A stretch of DNA of 64,000 nucleotides from the human T2T-CHM13v2.0 reference genome, Homo sapiens, in NCBI RefSeq assembly GCF_009914755.1, contig NC_060941.1. One strand, given 5' to 3'. Of this stretch, positions 11,638 through 27,662 are shown piece by piece. The first letter of the stretch is position 1, and every line of letters begins with the position of its first letter. The position numbers were made by a program, and so were the translations under genes. The notes under the pieces are model-generated. The model did not search any database, had not been told where the DNA came from, and was given only the letters and a program-made list of their open reading frames with translations.

Positions 11638-14600
11638 ATGTGCATTACTTTTAACTACACTATATTCAGATTTCACTAGTAACTACACTATATTCAGTGT
11701 ATTCAGATTTCACTAGTTCTTCCCTAACGTCTCTTTCCTGTACAAAGATCCCATCCAGAACAGCGCCTCGCATTTAGTCTCCTTCGTCTTCTCTGGACTG
11801 TTTCTTAGACTTCCCTTGTTTTGGGACCATCTTGGCAGTTTTGAGGAGGGCTGGTCAGGTATTTTGTCCCTCGGTTCGGGTCTGTCTGATGCATTTCTCC
11901 TGCAGTTTTGTTATTTCTAGTTTTGTGAGTGCTATCTTTCCTGCGCAGCGGCATGTTTCCCTCTGTGGTTTGTCTGTATTTTATTTTCTATTTGAGTGTA
12001 AGTGCAACCGTACTTAAGAGTCCTCCTCCTTGCCCCCAGGCATCTGGTGTGGCTGGTTAGTGGAAGAGTTAGGGCTTTGTGTAGGTAAGGACTTTATGTT
12101 TGTTCCTGCTAGAGCCTGAAAGATTTCTATTATCCTAGGCCAGTATTTATGCTCTTTATTTGAGGTTTCTGGTACAAGATAGAGTATAAAAGTTTGTACC
12201 ATACACCCTTTGTGTGATGCAGGTCTAGGGTTTTCCTATCCTGCACATCATTTACTATGCCCTATACCCCATCTCTCTGTCCAAGATCCTGGAGAGAGGA
12301 CAAGTTGCACACGCAAGTTCCTGGACCAGTGGGTGGAGTTTTATAGTCCCTTTTACAGAAGGCAATGCCTACAAGCCCTGGTCTTTAGGCTGGGCTGTTT
12401 CAGTTCCCTGACATCCAAGGGCAAGGGCACGGCTCCATCCGCTCCATAGGCAAGAGGTCCAACCCTCAATCCTTTGAAGCTCTGTGAGGATCTGAAACCA
12501 CCTACCACGGTGTCTTTGATTTTTCCCTTTATTTCTAGCATCTGGCATTTCTTTCTCCTTAGTCCTTGGCTGTGTAGTAAAAACCATGTTTACTAGTTTG
12601 TTTGTTTGTGGTGGGACATCCATGTCAGCTGATCTCACCATGTTACTGGAAGTACTAGTGACAAATGTTCAGCTTCTAGGAAGAGTTTTTTCATACAAAT
12701 TGTGTTTTCTGCAATGACTAGCAAAATATGAGACATATACCACTACTCACTAAAGAACGGGTGCATGAATGAATGAATGAATGAATGAGTGGAGACCAGG
12801 ACTGCTCAGAAGATAAGCTAAGCATCTGCAGCCTCCGTGGAGGCTGGACTGGCTGAGTCTGGGAGACTCCGGGCAGGCAGGGGCTGGTGCACAGTCCCCC
12901 TGCCTGGCACTCTGTGTCACAGTGGTCCTGGCCTCATGCGGCCTTATTCAATGCTGAGGACCACATGATTTCACCAATGGCTCATCCAACAGGGTTGCCT
13001 GTTCACTTTCTACTTTCATCATCTTACAGTGTCAGTGCCTTTTCTTTTCCCTCTTGAAAGAGGGAACTGAGAATGAGTGTGGGTGGATTTAGTGCAATTG
13101 ATCAAGCCAAAGTCTCATCCTGGATTGCAGGTGGTCATCTAAGGCAAGATACTGCCTTGGTGTATGAACCCCATAGCAGGCTGTTTCTGCAGGGCTGGCT
13201 TCTCTGGACTCTACACACAAGCACAGATGCTGGTTCGAAAGCCCCAGCATTATGAGATAACTGGAAGCTGCAGCCCTTGACCTCCTTGTGTCAACAGGCA
13301 CAACACTGGCCCCGACCTGCTATGAGTTGAGCATTCTACAGCCTTGCAGGGTGGTAGGCTCTGCCTGTCCAGGCTACAGTTCAGCACATACCTTTCCCTC
13401 ATGGCTACTCAAGTGGGAAATCCTCACTCTCCACTATCCTTTTGTCCCTATCCTCCCATGAAATCCTATGTGTAGTGTGAACTAAAGGCAGAGAAAGCTA
13501 ACAAGTCTTGGCCCAGGGGCTGTTCTACATCTTGCCACCCAAGAAGAAGATGCCAGACATTTAGAGAGGAGGGAATCACAAACTCTACACGTTTTTCAAA
13601 GTGGGGAGAATGGGCTGAAGGGTCTGCTTGAGGGAATGTTCTTCCCTCGTTCCTTCTCTGCAGCCTGCATTGCAGGGGTCCCCTGGCCCCAGTACTCTGT
13701 GGACATAGTGGCAATGGCAGCACAGCTCCATCATTCCTGCCCCTCAGGCTGTGACAATAATGGGTCAGGTGTGGGGGCATATGGACCCTCCAGTGATGCT
13801 TGTATAGCAGAGGGTCTCGTGAGGCTGAAAACACCAAGGCCTGCTGCCCCGACTCCACCCCAGTTAGAGGATCCTGTCGAGGGCTTTTGTAACTGAGAGA
13901 GAATCTGTTTGGTCCGGGGAAGGGAGGAGCTGAGTTGGAAATATTTTTGCTCCACTTTCTTCCAAAATACTTATAAAGACTGGCAGAAAGTGCAGGTGAC
14001 AGAACAGAAGAACATCGGAGTTGACATGATGATGTCGCGGGGGACGTGGTGCCACCAGAGAGCCTGGCCTGTGAGTTCCATGCCTGGGGCACAGCTGTCA
14101 CTTGCTGGGCACAGACCTCTGCAGCGTGTGCGGTTTCCTGCGCTCTGGGAGGACTTGGCCTTTGAATGTTTATAAGGTCACACCCTCTGGGCTCTTCAGC
14201 CCCGTGGATACTGCTTGACTCTGAAGTCTCTTGTGGTCTAGTGGAGTCAGGATCAAAACTGCTGTGCCAGGGGCAGAAGAGCTACATGCCCCCACCCCAG
14301 GCCCCGCGCTTAGAAGAGCAGTCTGCAGGGTGTGACGAGTCATCATTAGCCCTTGTTTTGGGTGACATTTCTTACATTCTAAAGGCTCTGCCCTCCTTGT
14401 CTACCATCTCATGTGATTTTCACCATAAGCATCATTTTAATGAATGACTTGGGAGTCTGAGAGGCAGGAACATGAAGTTGAGAATAAGAAAAGTTTCGCC
14501 CTGGAACATTCCAGCCCATGCACATATTCGGGGCTTCATGGAGCAGGCACGCTTCTTAACGTACAGCCTTAGAATTCAGCGACCAGCAATGACTACATTT

Positions 14601-15339
14601 AACACACAGGGGCTCCACTTCAGCTGGGGAAACAGATGCAAGGAAGCGGCCTGAACACAGTCCTCAGGGCGCATAAACAGGCCCCACGCAGGCTTGGTAA
14701 CCGGGGAAGGATGGAAAAGGGGTTATGTGAGAAATTCGTTTCTGACAGTCACGATCAATGGGTGCAGGAGGGAGTGCTATTTCCTTGGGGGAGTCAGGGA
14801 GAATATTTTGGGACTGCATCAGTCTGAAGACAGTGAATGAGCTCCAAGAGTGATAAACCAGTCGCCCTTGAGCCACTGCACTGAGTTATGTTTTAAAATA
14901 ACTGTGAATTCAAGTACCTTTAGATAGTGCGCGTGCTGTTTAAAGTTCGCCTTATTCCTCATGGTTCCCAGCTGTCTTCACCTGACTGTCTCCACCCATT
15001 TTGATGATCTTTTAGTCCCCTGAAGCCACTTGAGTTTGCTGCCCTCAGATAGAAGGCTCCATCCTGCAGAGTGTGGCATTTATGGCTTTATGGGCCTGGG
15101 TGGACCATGGAAACCACAGCTGCACGATGTCTAGAGAACAGCATGTGATCCCAAGGCTGTGACCTTACCTATGCCCTGTTTATTTCCAGGCAGGTAGAAG
15201 AGCAAAGAATTTACAAGGCCCAGTGCTTCTGTATGGAAGGTGAGGGAAAACGCGGCATTGAGAGTGACGGCAGGGTTGGCTTGGTCAACTGGGTACAGCG
15301 GTGACAGGGAACCCTGGAGGAGGGGCAGGTTCTACATGA

Positions 15340-15670
15340 CAGCAGATGGAGAAATATAGGAACATATTCAGGACAAAAGACTCAGCTGGAGCTTGACTTG
15401 GGTATCATCAGCAAACACATGGAAAATAAAGTCACAAGGACGGAGAAGATTGCCCAGAAATGGTGTGTTCAGTGAGAAGGAAGGATGCTCTGGATACAGG
15501 TCCCTGGGAACATCACCTCTTAAGAACAGGCCATAGGATGACAAGCCCACCACCAAAGGGCCTTTCCAGGAGCAGGTGGAAAGAGAGAGGGAAACGAAGG
15601 GACCCTAGCATCAAGAAAGACAAAGGGAGGGCTTCAAAAAGGAAAGGCCTGAAGAGTGTCAGCGGCTGCC
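15340..15670 (-). mobile_element. L2 fragment
   Basis: Degenerate purine-rich antisense L2 (gtatcatcagcaaacacatgg...gtccctgggaacatcacc). Confidence 0.6.
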
Positions 15671-16178
15671 TTTGTTTTTTGTCATTAGTCTTCACACCTT
15701 TGAAGTGCTTAGAGTACAGCTTGCGATTCTATCCATGCTTTGTTTCCAAAATGATCATCACCCACTTAATAGCTCAGTTGAAAGACTCCTCTCTTAGGAG
15801 ACTCCTCTCTCAGGGATGGCCTTCACCGGACCCCATGTGGCCTCCATCAGTCTTGGTCCTGTGGGGCTGGGGTGCTGAACAATAATGCACAGACAGCCCA
15901 CCCAGGTGACACGCACACCCAGAGCACCCCTGGGTGCAGAACCATGCTCTAGGGTCCCAGGATGCTGGCTTACCTGGCACTCTCAAAGGTAGCAGATGCC
16001 GTCTTTTCTATAGCCCCAAATCCAACTCCAACAGCGAGACCCTCTGAAATAGATGTAAGAAAAGCAAGAGGGGTTAGGAATATTTCCCCATAAGGAACAT
16101 CACCATCACTGTCACTGCATTAAGTAGGACTGCATGAGGCTGCCAGTCAAAGAAAATCATCGTAACAGCAGCTTAAAC

Positions 16179-16805
<627 letters not shown>

Positions 16806-17256
16806 GCCTAAACACACAGGGCTTTATTTATTAGCTCATGCAACAGAAAGTCCAAGGTTGATACGGCAGCCCAAAGATGTCACTGCAGACATAGGTGTCT
16901 TTAGTTTTCATTTTTTTTTCCTTCATTCTCACCATTAGGTCCTCATAGTTGCAAAGTGACTGTGCTACCTCCAGGCATCTCAATTACATCCTAGGCAAGA
17001 AGAAAGTAGAAAGGTAGAAACCTTTCTTTAACAAGTCTTTGTCTCATTACTCTGGAAGGAACATCTTTCCCAGCATCCCTCATACCTCTTCGGCCAGAAC
17101 AGGAGCAAACGCCCATCCCTAGATCCATCGCAGCCTCAGGCCCCAAATACTGAGACTCCAGGACCAATTGAGGCCAGTCTCAATCCCTCTCTGGGGCTGG
17201 GAAAGAGTCTACCCTGCCCATGCTCCCTGAAATCAAGGGAGCCACCATCTGAATAA

Positions 17257-17627
<371 letters not shown>

Positions 17628-18443
17628 AAGCAAGCATTTTTATATGACTGCTCTTTGAAGAACATTCCAGCTTTCAAAGGAACCACCCTCATATGGTGCA
17701 GACAGATGCGGTCTACACTGATGGGGTGGCTGGAGTCGAGTGTGCAGCGTGGGGCTAGACAAGATGGGTTTTCACGTCCTTTCCTGTGGTACATGGGCTT
17801 GCCAAGTTCACCACCCACTCGCCTAGGGATCAGATGTGGGAGGATGATGCTGGTCTGCGTGTATCTGATGGCGCAGCGAGGGTCATGGAAGGAAATGGAC
17901 CTGATCCAGTGGCCACGGACCAAAGGAGTGGAAGCACAGCATCAGGGCGCTTCTGACATCTGTGAAGAGGGCGATGATTCCCCTCGATCCAAACACGAAG
18001 GAGAACTACTGAATTACCACCACTGTTCAGGAGCAAGGCCAAGGGCTTTGGGGGTCAAATTCGAACTTTCTTTTAAGAAGAGGGAAGACATAAAAATCGA
18101 CTGAATGAGAGGAACTCGTTTTCTTTTGATTCATTGCCTCTTAGTACAGCGCATTTCTTTCTTGTGTCCTGTCTGTTTGAAGTGGGTCCAGGATGCTGGA
18201 ATTGTGACACTGACTCCAGGAGACACCTGGGGACAAGAAGGCAGCGGAGACTTATCCCATGTTCAGGTGAAAGTGCTCACCTGTGATGCACTCCAGCTCA
18301 ACAAGAGTCCGCAATGGGGTCTGGAGCCCAAAGATCCTGCTAAGGAATAAGGTGTTCTTTTTTTTGCCTAATTTTACCTTTTGTGCTTGATCTCCTGCGG
18401 GGTCCTGATGGGATAGCTGTGATCACTGTAAGCTGCAGGTTGA

Positions 18444-18747
<304 letters not shown>

Positions 18748-19350
18748 GTGAGAATTTGGGATTCTGATTCCCTACCAAGTATCTTTCCAGTTATAAGAAT
18801 TTTTATAACAACCAATGTCAGGACACGGAGTCCTAGGACAACAGAGGTGGAGGAAACTGCAGAGATCAGCCACTGTGACTCCTGGGCCACTGTCAGATTC
18901 AGAAGCCAGGTAGTCAGAGGGAGGTCTTTCCAAAACCAGACAGCAGCATCAAGCCTTCTGGGCCCGGCCTCTCAGCGTGCACGTGCACACCTTAGCAGCC
19001 CACAGAGAAGGCTCCAAAACCCTCCCTTTAACAGCTCTGAGGCTGAAGGTGGCTGGCTGGAGTCAGCACCACCAGAGCAACCAGGCTTTAAAATCGATAC
19101 GCATTTTTAAAAATTATTTTTTATTTACAGTGGACCCTTGAACAATGCAGGGATTAGGGGCGCCAATCCCTTGCACAGTTGAAAACCCACATATAACTTT
19201 AAACTCCCCCAGAAATGTTACTAATAGTCTAATATTGACGTTACCAAGAACATAAAGTCAATTGACACATATTTTGTGTGCTATATATATTATATACAGT
19301 ATTCTTACAAGAAAGTAAGCTAGATAACACTTCTTATATTTTTACAGTAA

Positions 19351-19688
<338 letters not shown>

Positions 19689-20050
19689 AGAATTTCTTAA
19701 TGTTAAGAAAATCATAAGGAAGAGAAAATACATTTACAGTGCCGTACTGTATTTATCAAGACCGTACGTTTATGTTGTCTGTTTATAAAGAGGAGTTGTG
19801 TGTCTGAAATGGTAGGCACCCACAGCTGCAGACCTCAAACTATGGTACATATCAAGCAAGTTCATTTTTTCTTATAACGTCATGACTTTTTTCTGCTTCT
19901 TGGGAGCACTTCCAGCATCCTTAATGGTACTTTGTGTGGGTCCCGTGCTGTTATTCAAGGTTTACGATATTGCACTAAACATGACGAAAACTACGTAAGA
20001 ACTGAGAGAGATCACTTTTTACGGGACTATGCAATTCACTGCAGAGATGA

Positions 20051-20410
<360 letters not shown>

Positions 20411-20539
20411 TAAGCAGACGCCCGCAACACTTGAGCTCACTGCAACAGCAACAGGAGGTGGCTACAAAATTGTTACAGTAGTACAGTGGGCTGTAGTTAA
20501 TTCTATGTAGTTATGACTTAATATATCGTTTACAAAATG

Positions 20540-20660
20540 TTTTAATTTTTAAAAAAGTTTTTCATAGAGATGGTCTCACTAAGTTGTCCAGGCTGATCTT
20601 GAACTCCTAGCCTCAAGCGATCCTCCTGCCTCAGCCTCTCAAAGTGCTGAGAATACAGGC
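20540..20660 (-). mobile_element. FLAM / Alu left monomer
   Basis: Single left arm in reverse orientation. Confidence 0.85.
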
Positions 20661-21241
20661 TAACACTGCATCTTTACGTTTGCTTACATTTCTCTTCACT
20701 GTGAGTGGCACCATATATGATCTGTGTTTGTGGGTATAATTTTTGATAAATTTTAACTTTTTATAATTTGTGTATTTTTACAGTAATCAATGATAGACTA
20801 GACTAGTATCGACACATATATTTCACTGCAGGTATAAGGCTTATAGCCCAGTGTCTAGCATACAAAGGGCCACCAGTCCCCCATTTCCCGAGGCAAAGAA
20901 TCACAGAGACGTTAGGATCTTGAAGAGGAGGCCTAATTTGGAGCCTAGAGGCCTAATGTGGAGCACTAGTATTTGCATTAAAATGACTAATTCAAATATA
21001 GGTGGGAACTGTCACCTCCAGTCCACAGATCAGAGAGGGAAGGTGATGGGAGCTGGTCTGAGAGACACAGGTGGGTTCTGAGTCCGAGGCCCAGGGTGTT
21101 GGTCCTTCATTACTCCAGGAATATATATGATGAAAGCCATAACTCAAGTATCAGAAAGGGGTGTGGATCCATGTTCAATATTTTAAGGTTTGCCTGATGG
21201 ATGCAACATCATCAAAAAGAGGTAAGCAAGAATGAGTACCC

Positions 21242-21604
<363 letters not shown>

Positions 21605-21980
21605 CTAAGGGTTTCTGACATCCTTTCCGTTAGGGAGGAGGCAGCCTCGTTTTTGCAGCCCGAGTCGTGGGAGCTGCCCGTGTCCATGGTCATGAGAATA
21701 TGAACTTCGAGAACATCTGACCTGCTGCCACCTGGCCAGTGTCCTGCCTTTGAGGAGTCCAGGATTTACAAGCCTGCTGTTCTCAACCTTGTTTGGCACT
21801 AACACACCCGAGACCATCAGTAACGGTGGGTCTGCAAGGCACAGATCTTCACCAGGGATCCTTGGGGAGAAACCAAGCAAACTATTTCCTGACACTAGAC
21901 AGGCGTATCCCTCCCTTTGAGAAAATTCACTTTCTAAAACCATAAACAACAGCTGGTTGACTCTTTTGTTAAAAATTTTC

Positions 21981-22301
21981 CTTTTTTTTCCTTTGTGTAC
22001 ACATTTAATTTTATTGTAACAGACAACTCGTGCACTTTTAATGTTTAAAACTGAGCATCATCTTTCCTTTCCAGGGAAACAAAAAGAAAATTTAAAAATA
22101 AACAGGAATAAAATTACAATAGAGAATGTCAATTCCAAATAAGATCCTACAGGTTCTGCTGATTCTCCCATTGAGTGGCAGGGCTCAAGTCATCATTAGG
22201 AGAGAATTTATTTTAAAAGTGTCATCTTAAACCACAAGGATATCTGTCAGATATCACAATTAAACATGCCAAAGGAGAAGCCATGTTTTCAAAATGCCCC
22301 C
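21981..22301 (-). pseudogene. 5'-truncated processed retrocopy consisting of an mRNA 3'UTR end (hnRNP-gene-like from memory, unverified)
   Basis: Poly-T 21982-21989; minus-strand AATAAA at 22015-22010; TSD aaaattttc (21972-21980 and 22302-22310). Confidence 0.75.
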
Positions 22302-23566
22302 AAAATTTTCTTCTAATTAGTCATTTTAATGCAAATAATAGTGCAGCCCAGAGCACTAGGACCTGTGCTAATTAGCAAAACAATCGCTTGGAGTAGCTTA
22401 GCTCACAGCCTGAGCTTGCTGACTTGTGACATAAATGCTCACAGCAGCTTTGGGAGATTGGGGAAGGGAGCACCCAGTGAGCAGATGAAGAAAAGGGCCT
22501 GCCCTAGGTGACCCAGCTGGGGGGGCTAGAGCTGGGCCGTAAACCGCAGTCTCTCATTGTTTCCTGCCCCCAAGTGTCCTCCGCTGCCCAGTTTGCTTGC
22601 AGCTTTCCCCCAGCTACAACATGGCCCCATGGGTAGTGAACACTGGCATCTGAGTCTCTGTACCCTGAAGAGGTTTGGAGCAAAGGGAATGCATTTTCCC
22701 TCCGGCCCATCCTGTACCTCAGGCCAGGCCAGTAGCAGGGGACAAAAGTTCACAAATGAGCATTCCGTGATGGTTTGCAAAGGAGCAGGTCCTTCCTCTC
22801 AGGTCTGCAGTGGCCCTGGCGGGAGAGAACCACAACTCCACGCTGCCTTAGGAGGCATCAGCCCACTTTCCCCCTGGATTTAGAAAGCGAAACAGGAAGA
22901 AGAGGTCCTGGGGGAAGACAATGTATCTGTTACCGTGTCTGAAAACAGAGGTGATCCCCGAGAGCTAAGCTCATGAGAAGGCAGGACACGTTAGTTATGC
23001 ATGCAGAAGGAACACCAAAACGAGAATTCAGGCCGACACTGAAGATCAACAGACGGTAGAAAGAACTCACTGGGGGGAAAAGGAAAGGAGGAAAAATGCC
23101 GACTGATGCTCCTGCCCCCAGTGTCCCACCTCGAGTGCAAATAGAAGAAACCCAACTCATACTGTGAATAACTTCTTGCCCCTTTACACAGCTACTGCCA
23201 TTAGCTCAGGGAAAATGAACTGCCTGGCCTGGGTTAGTAAGTCCGACTGAACGCAGGGTGAGGCAGAGTCTGGAAGACAAACTTGAACATAAGCACCAAA
23301 GCGGAAGGAGCTGGCTCCAACCTCCTCCTGGGGCTGGAAGGCGGCTCTGCCTGCCTCTCTCCACCTCCCCATTGCCCTTGCAACTCCATCCCTCCATGGC
23401 CTCCTCTGCGGAAAACAGTAACAAAAAGGGCATGGGCTTTGGTTGAGATAAACCCAGGCTCAAATCTTAGTATATTATTTAAGGTTCTTGCAAAAATGAA
23501 AGGGGGATAACACTGCTTTGCTTACAGGATGGCTGTGTTCAATGAAATGTACCTGACAGGCCTGTT

Positions 23567-23715
23567 CAGGGTTCCCCACTATTGACATTTGGTAGTCGGG
23601 GACTATCCTGGCCACTCTAGGGTGGTTTGCAGCATCCCTGGCCTCTACTCACTAGATGCCAGTAGCACCTCCTGTCCCAGTTGTGACAAAGATGTCTTCA
23701 GAGGTTGCCAAATGT
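23567..23715. mobile_element. MER20 (hAT-Charlie) fragment
   Basis: cagcatccctggcctctactcactagatgccagtagcacc. Confidence 0.85.
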
Positions 23716-23889
23716 TACTTTTCTTCTCTCCCAATGAGGGACACTTACAGAAAAAAAAAATTAAACTCTTATATTAATAGAACATTCTTAGAGTTTAAGT
23801 CAGTGCTAGGAAAGCAAACAATAAAAAACAAGTGTTTTCTTTTTCAATGGAGCCATAAGCAGCTCTTACTTTTAAGGGCATGGGGTGGA

Positions 23890-24505
<616 letters not shown>

Positions 24506-25294
24506 CTGACATTTATGGGCATTGGTAATGAGTGGATGGGAAAGGGCACCTGTACACGGTAGCTTGAGAAGTGCAATCACCTTGGTTTGGCAGAGCCCGC
24601 TGCTGGGGCAGAAATGGCCCACTCAGAGGTGCTGTGGGGACATTCTTCTCTTCCTGCCAGACTATGGTCCCTGGGATATGGGCCCAGCTGTCAGATCATC
24701 TCAGCAATGAGAGGGGCTTCTAAATAGGATACAGTTGTTTCAGGGTGGTCAGACCAGGGGTAGGAACTCCAGGGCTGTCATTCCCCTTGTTCTGGACTTG
24801 ACCCAGACCTCATGGAAGCTCATGAATGCATTCCTCTTGGGTGGTTTTCTCACAGGGGATCCCTTCTGGGCTCACAGGCTAACTGAAAGCTCAATCTTTC
24901 CCTGTATGCTGTTGTGAAGCCACTATTCTCCGCCCTGTGCCTGTACCATTAATTCTTTGTCTCTTAGGGCATTATATGGATGTCACTAAATCTCTCTGTT
25001 CCACGCCATTTGTTCTCCAACTGGGCCTCTGGTTTAAGCACTCATAGTATCAGTTTTAGAAGTTATAGCCAGAAGAAGTCTAGAAAATATCAATGCAAAG
25101 GCCATGCAGAAAATAAGCGGTGATGCTACGACTTTTCCTCCTTGATTTAAAAAAGTATTTAAATTAAGATAAGCAGATAAGACCCTGTGGAGGATTAATG
25201 AATATTAAACACAGCCACTACCACCACCAACAAACCCCAAAGGTGGAGAAATGACGAGTTATGGGATGGCTTATTCATTTCCATCTCCCCTAAA

Positions 25295-25440
25295 GACAGA
25301 GTAAGAGAAAAATGACTTAAATTACAGTTAGACGGATTTAGGCAAGAGGCAAAACTATGCTTGAGAGAGGAGGGCTTTGAAACATATGATAAAGAAACTG
25401 AAGGAAGGTCAAGGGTGTCCTTCTCTGCATGAGGAGTGTT
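25295..25440 (+). mobile_element. L3/CR1 3' fragment
   Basis: aatgacttaaattacagttagacggatttagg...gtgtccttctctg resembles the CR1 3' region. Confidence 0.5.
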
Positions 25441-25660
25441 CTCTGAAGGTGGGAGCTACTCCTCAGTCAGGGATGACTGGGATGGGGAGAGAAGGTGGGT
25501 TAGGAAGAACAGGGCAGGTAGCCTCATAACATCCCTCAGGCCAGATGACACTTCACCAATAAATACAGGCTCAGTTCTAGGAGCAAGGCTGAACATCCAC
25601 ATGTACATTCTCAGGTCCCAAAAGGCACTCATTAAAGGACAGAAAAATAACCACGTTGAG

Positions 25661-26390
<730 letters not shown>

Positions 26391-26505
26391 AAAAACAAAA
26401 CATGTTGAAACATCTATTGCTGGAGTGGACAATGGGGGCTTTGGGGACAGGGTGTGCCCACCTCCAGCTGCATCAGGAGCCTCTGAGGTGCTGGACAAGC
26501 TCAGA

Positions 26506-26776
26506 TTTATTTAATATTTCCATTTGAGACAGAATCTTGCTCTGTCACCCAAGCTGGAGTGCAGTGGTGCAATCTCAGTTCACTGCAACTTCCACCTACC
26601 AAGTAGCTGGGACTACAAGTGCACACCACTGCACCCAGCTAATTTTTGTATTTTTAGTAGAGGCGGGGTTTTTGCCATGTTGGCCAGGCTGGTCTTGAAC
26701 TCCTGACCTCAGGTGATCTGCCCACCTCGGCTTCCCAAAGTGCTGGAATTACAGGCGTGAGCCACCGCGCCTGGCC
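26506..26776 (-). mobile_element. AluS with internal deletion
   Basis: Reverse Alu; flanking duplication ggacaagctc. Confidence 0.92.
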
Positions 26777-27364
26777 AAGGACAAGCTCGGCTTTGATTCC
26801 TTGTCTGTCCCAGCCTGTCTGGGAAGTGTCACTAAACTGGGAGAGGACAACACACTAGGGACGGGAGCAACGTCACGTAACACTGCAGCAGGGATTTCCT
26901 GGCCACAGTCTATCAGGAGAGCCGACTCACAGGCTTAGACACACCATGGGGCAGGGCTGCTGTCTTCATTCTCACTCTGAGCCCCAAAACTTAGCTGAGC
27001 CTTCTGGGGAGACTAGCTGGCTGATGATTTGCTGATAACCCTGCATGGCGTGTCTTTGGTTGCAAAGGTCTAGCAGGAAGCAAAACCAAGAAGGCAGGAA
27101 CTCTGATCATATTACACAATTATTAAACCAAATGTTGGTAGAACCAGCCAGGTATTATTGCCAAGGAATCCCTGTGGAGTCTGTTAGAGGCTGTATAAAG
27201 GATGGAAACTTACCAACTTATTTTCTTGAAAAAGTAGTTTGATGCAGTTTTCCAGTGTGGATTACTAATCCTGCTATTTATATTGGAAAAAGATACATGT
27301 GGGGAAAGATGAAAAATAGAAGTGTTCTAGAAAAGTTGACTTTAAATCAAATTCTTATCAATAA

Positions 27365-27662
27365 GGCCAGGTGCAGTGGCTCACGCCTGTAATCCCAGCA
27401 CTTTGGGAGGCCGAGGCGGGTGGATCACCTGAGGTCAGGAGTTCAAGACTAGCCTGGCCAACATGGGAAAACCCCGTCTCTCCTAAAAATACAAACATTA
27501 GCTGGGCGTGGTGGTGGGAGCCTGTAGTCCCAGCTACTTGGGAGGGTTAGGCTGGAGAATCGCTTGAACACGGGAGGTGGAGGTTGCAGTGAGCCAAGAT
27601 CGCGCCATTGCCCTCCAGCCTGGGCAATAGAGGGAGACTCCATCTCAAAAAAAAAAAAAAAA
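27365..27662 (+). mobile_element. AluSx-type
   Basis: TSD aaattcttatcaataa. Confidence 0.95.

Noticed and set aside
11650-11720. Short repeated taactacactatattcag segments
   Set aside because: Small slippage duplication inside an L1 fossil, no sign of function
13466-14101. 211-aa minus-strand ORF in unique DNA
   Set aside because: Non-ATG start, no family resemblance, and similarly long ORFs overlap in other frames, as expected by chance in GC-richer DNA
17655-18104. 149-aa ORF in a CpG-retaining unique patch
   Set aside because: TTG start, no recognisable motif, no convincing pair of splice sites
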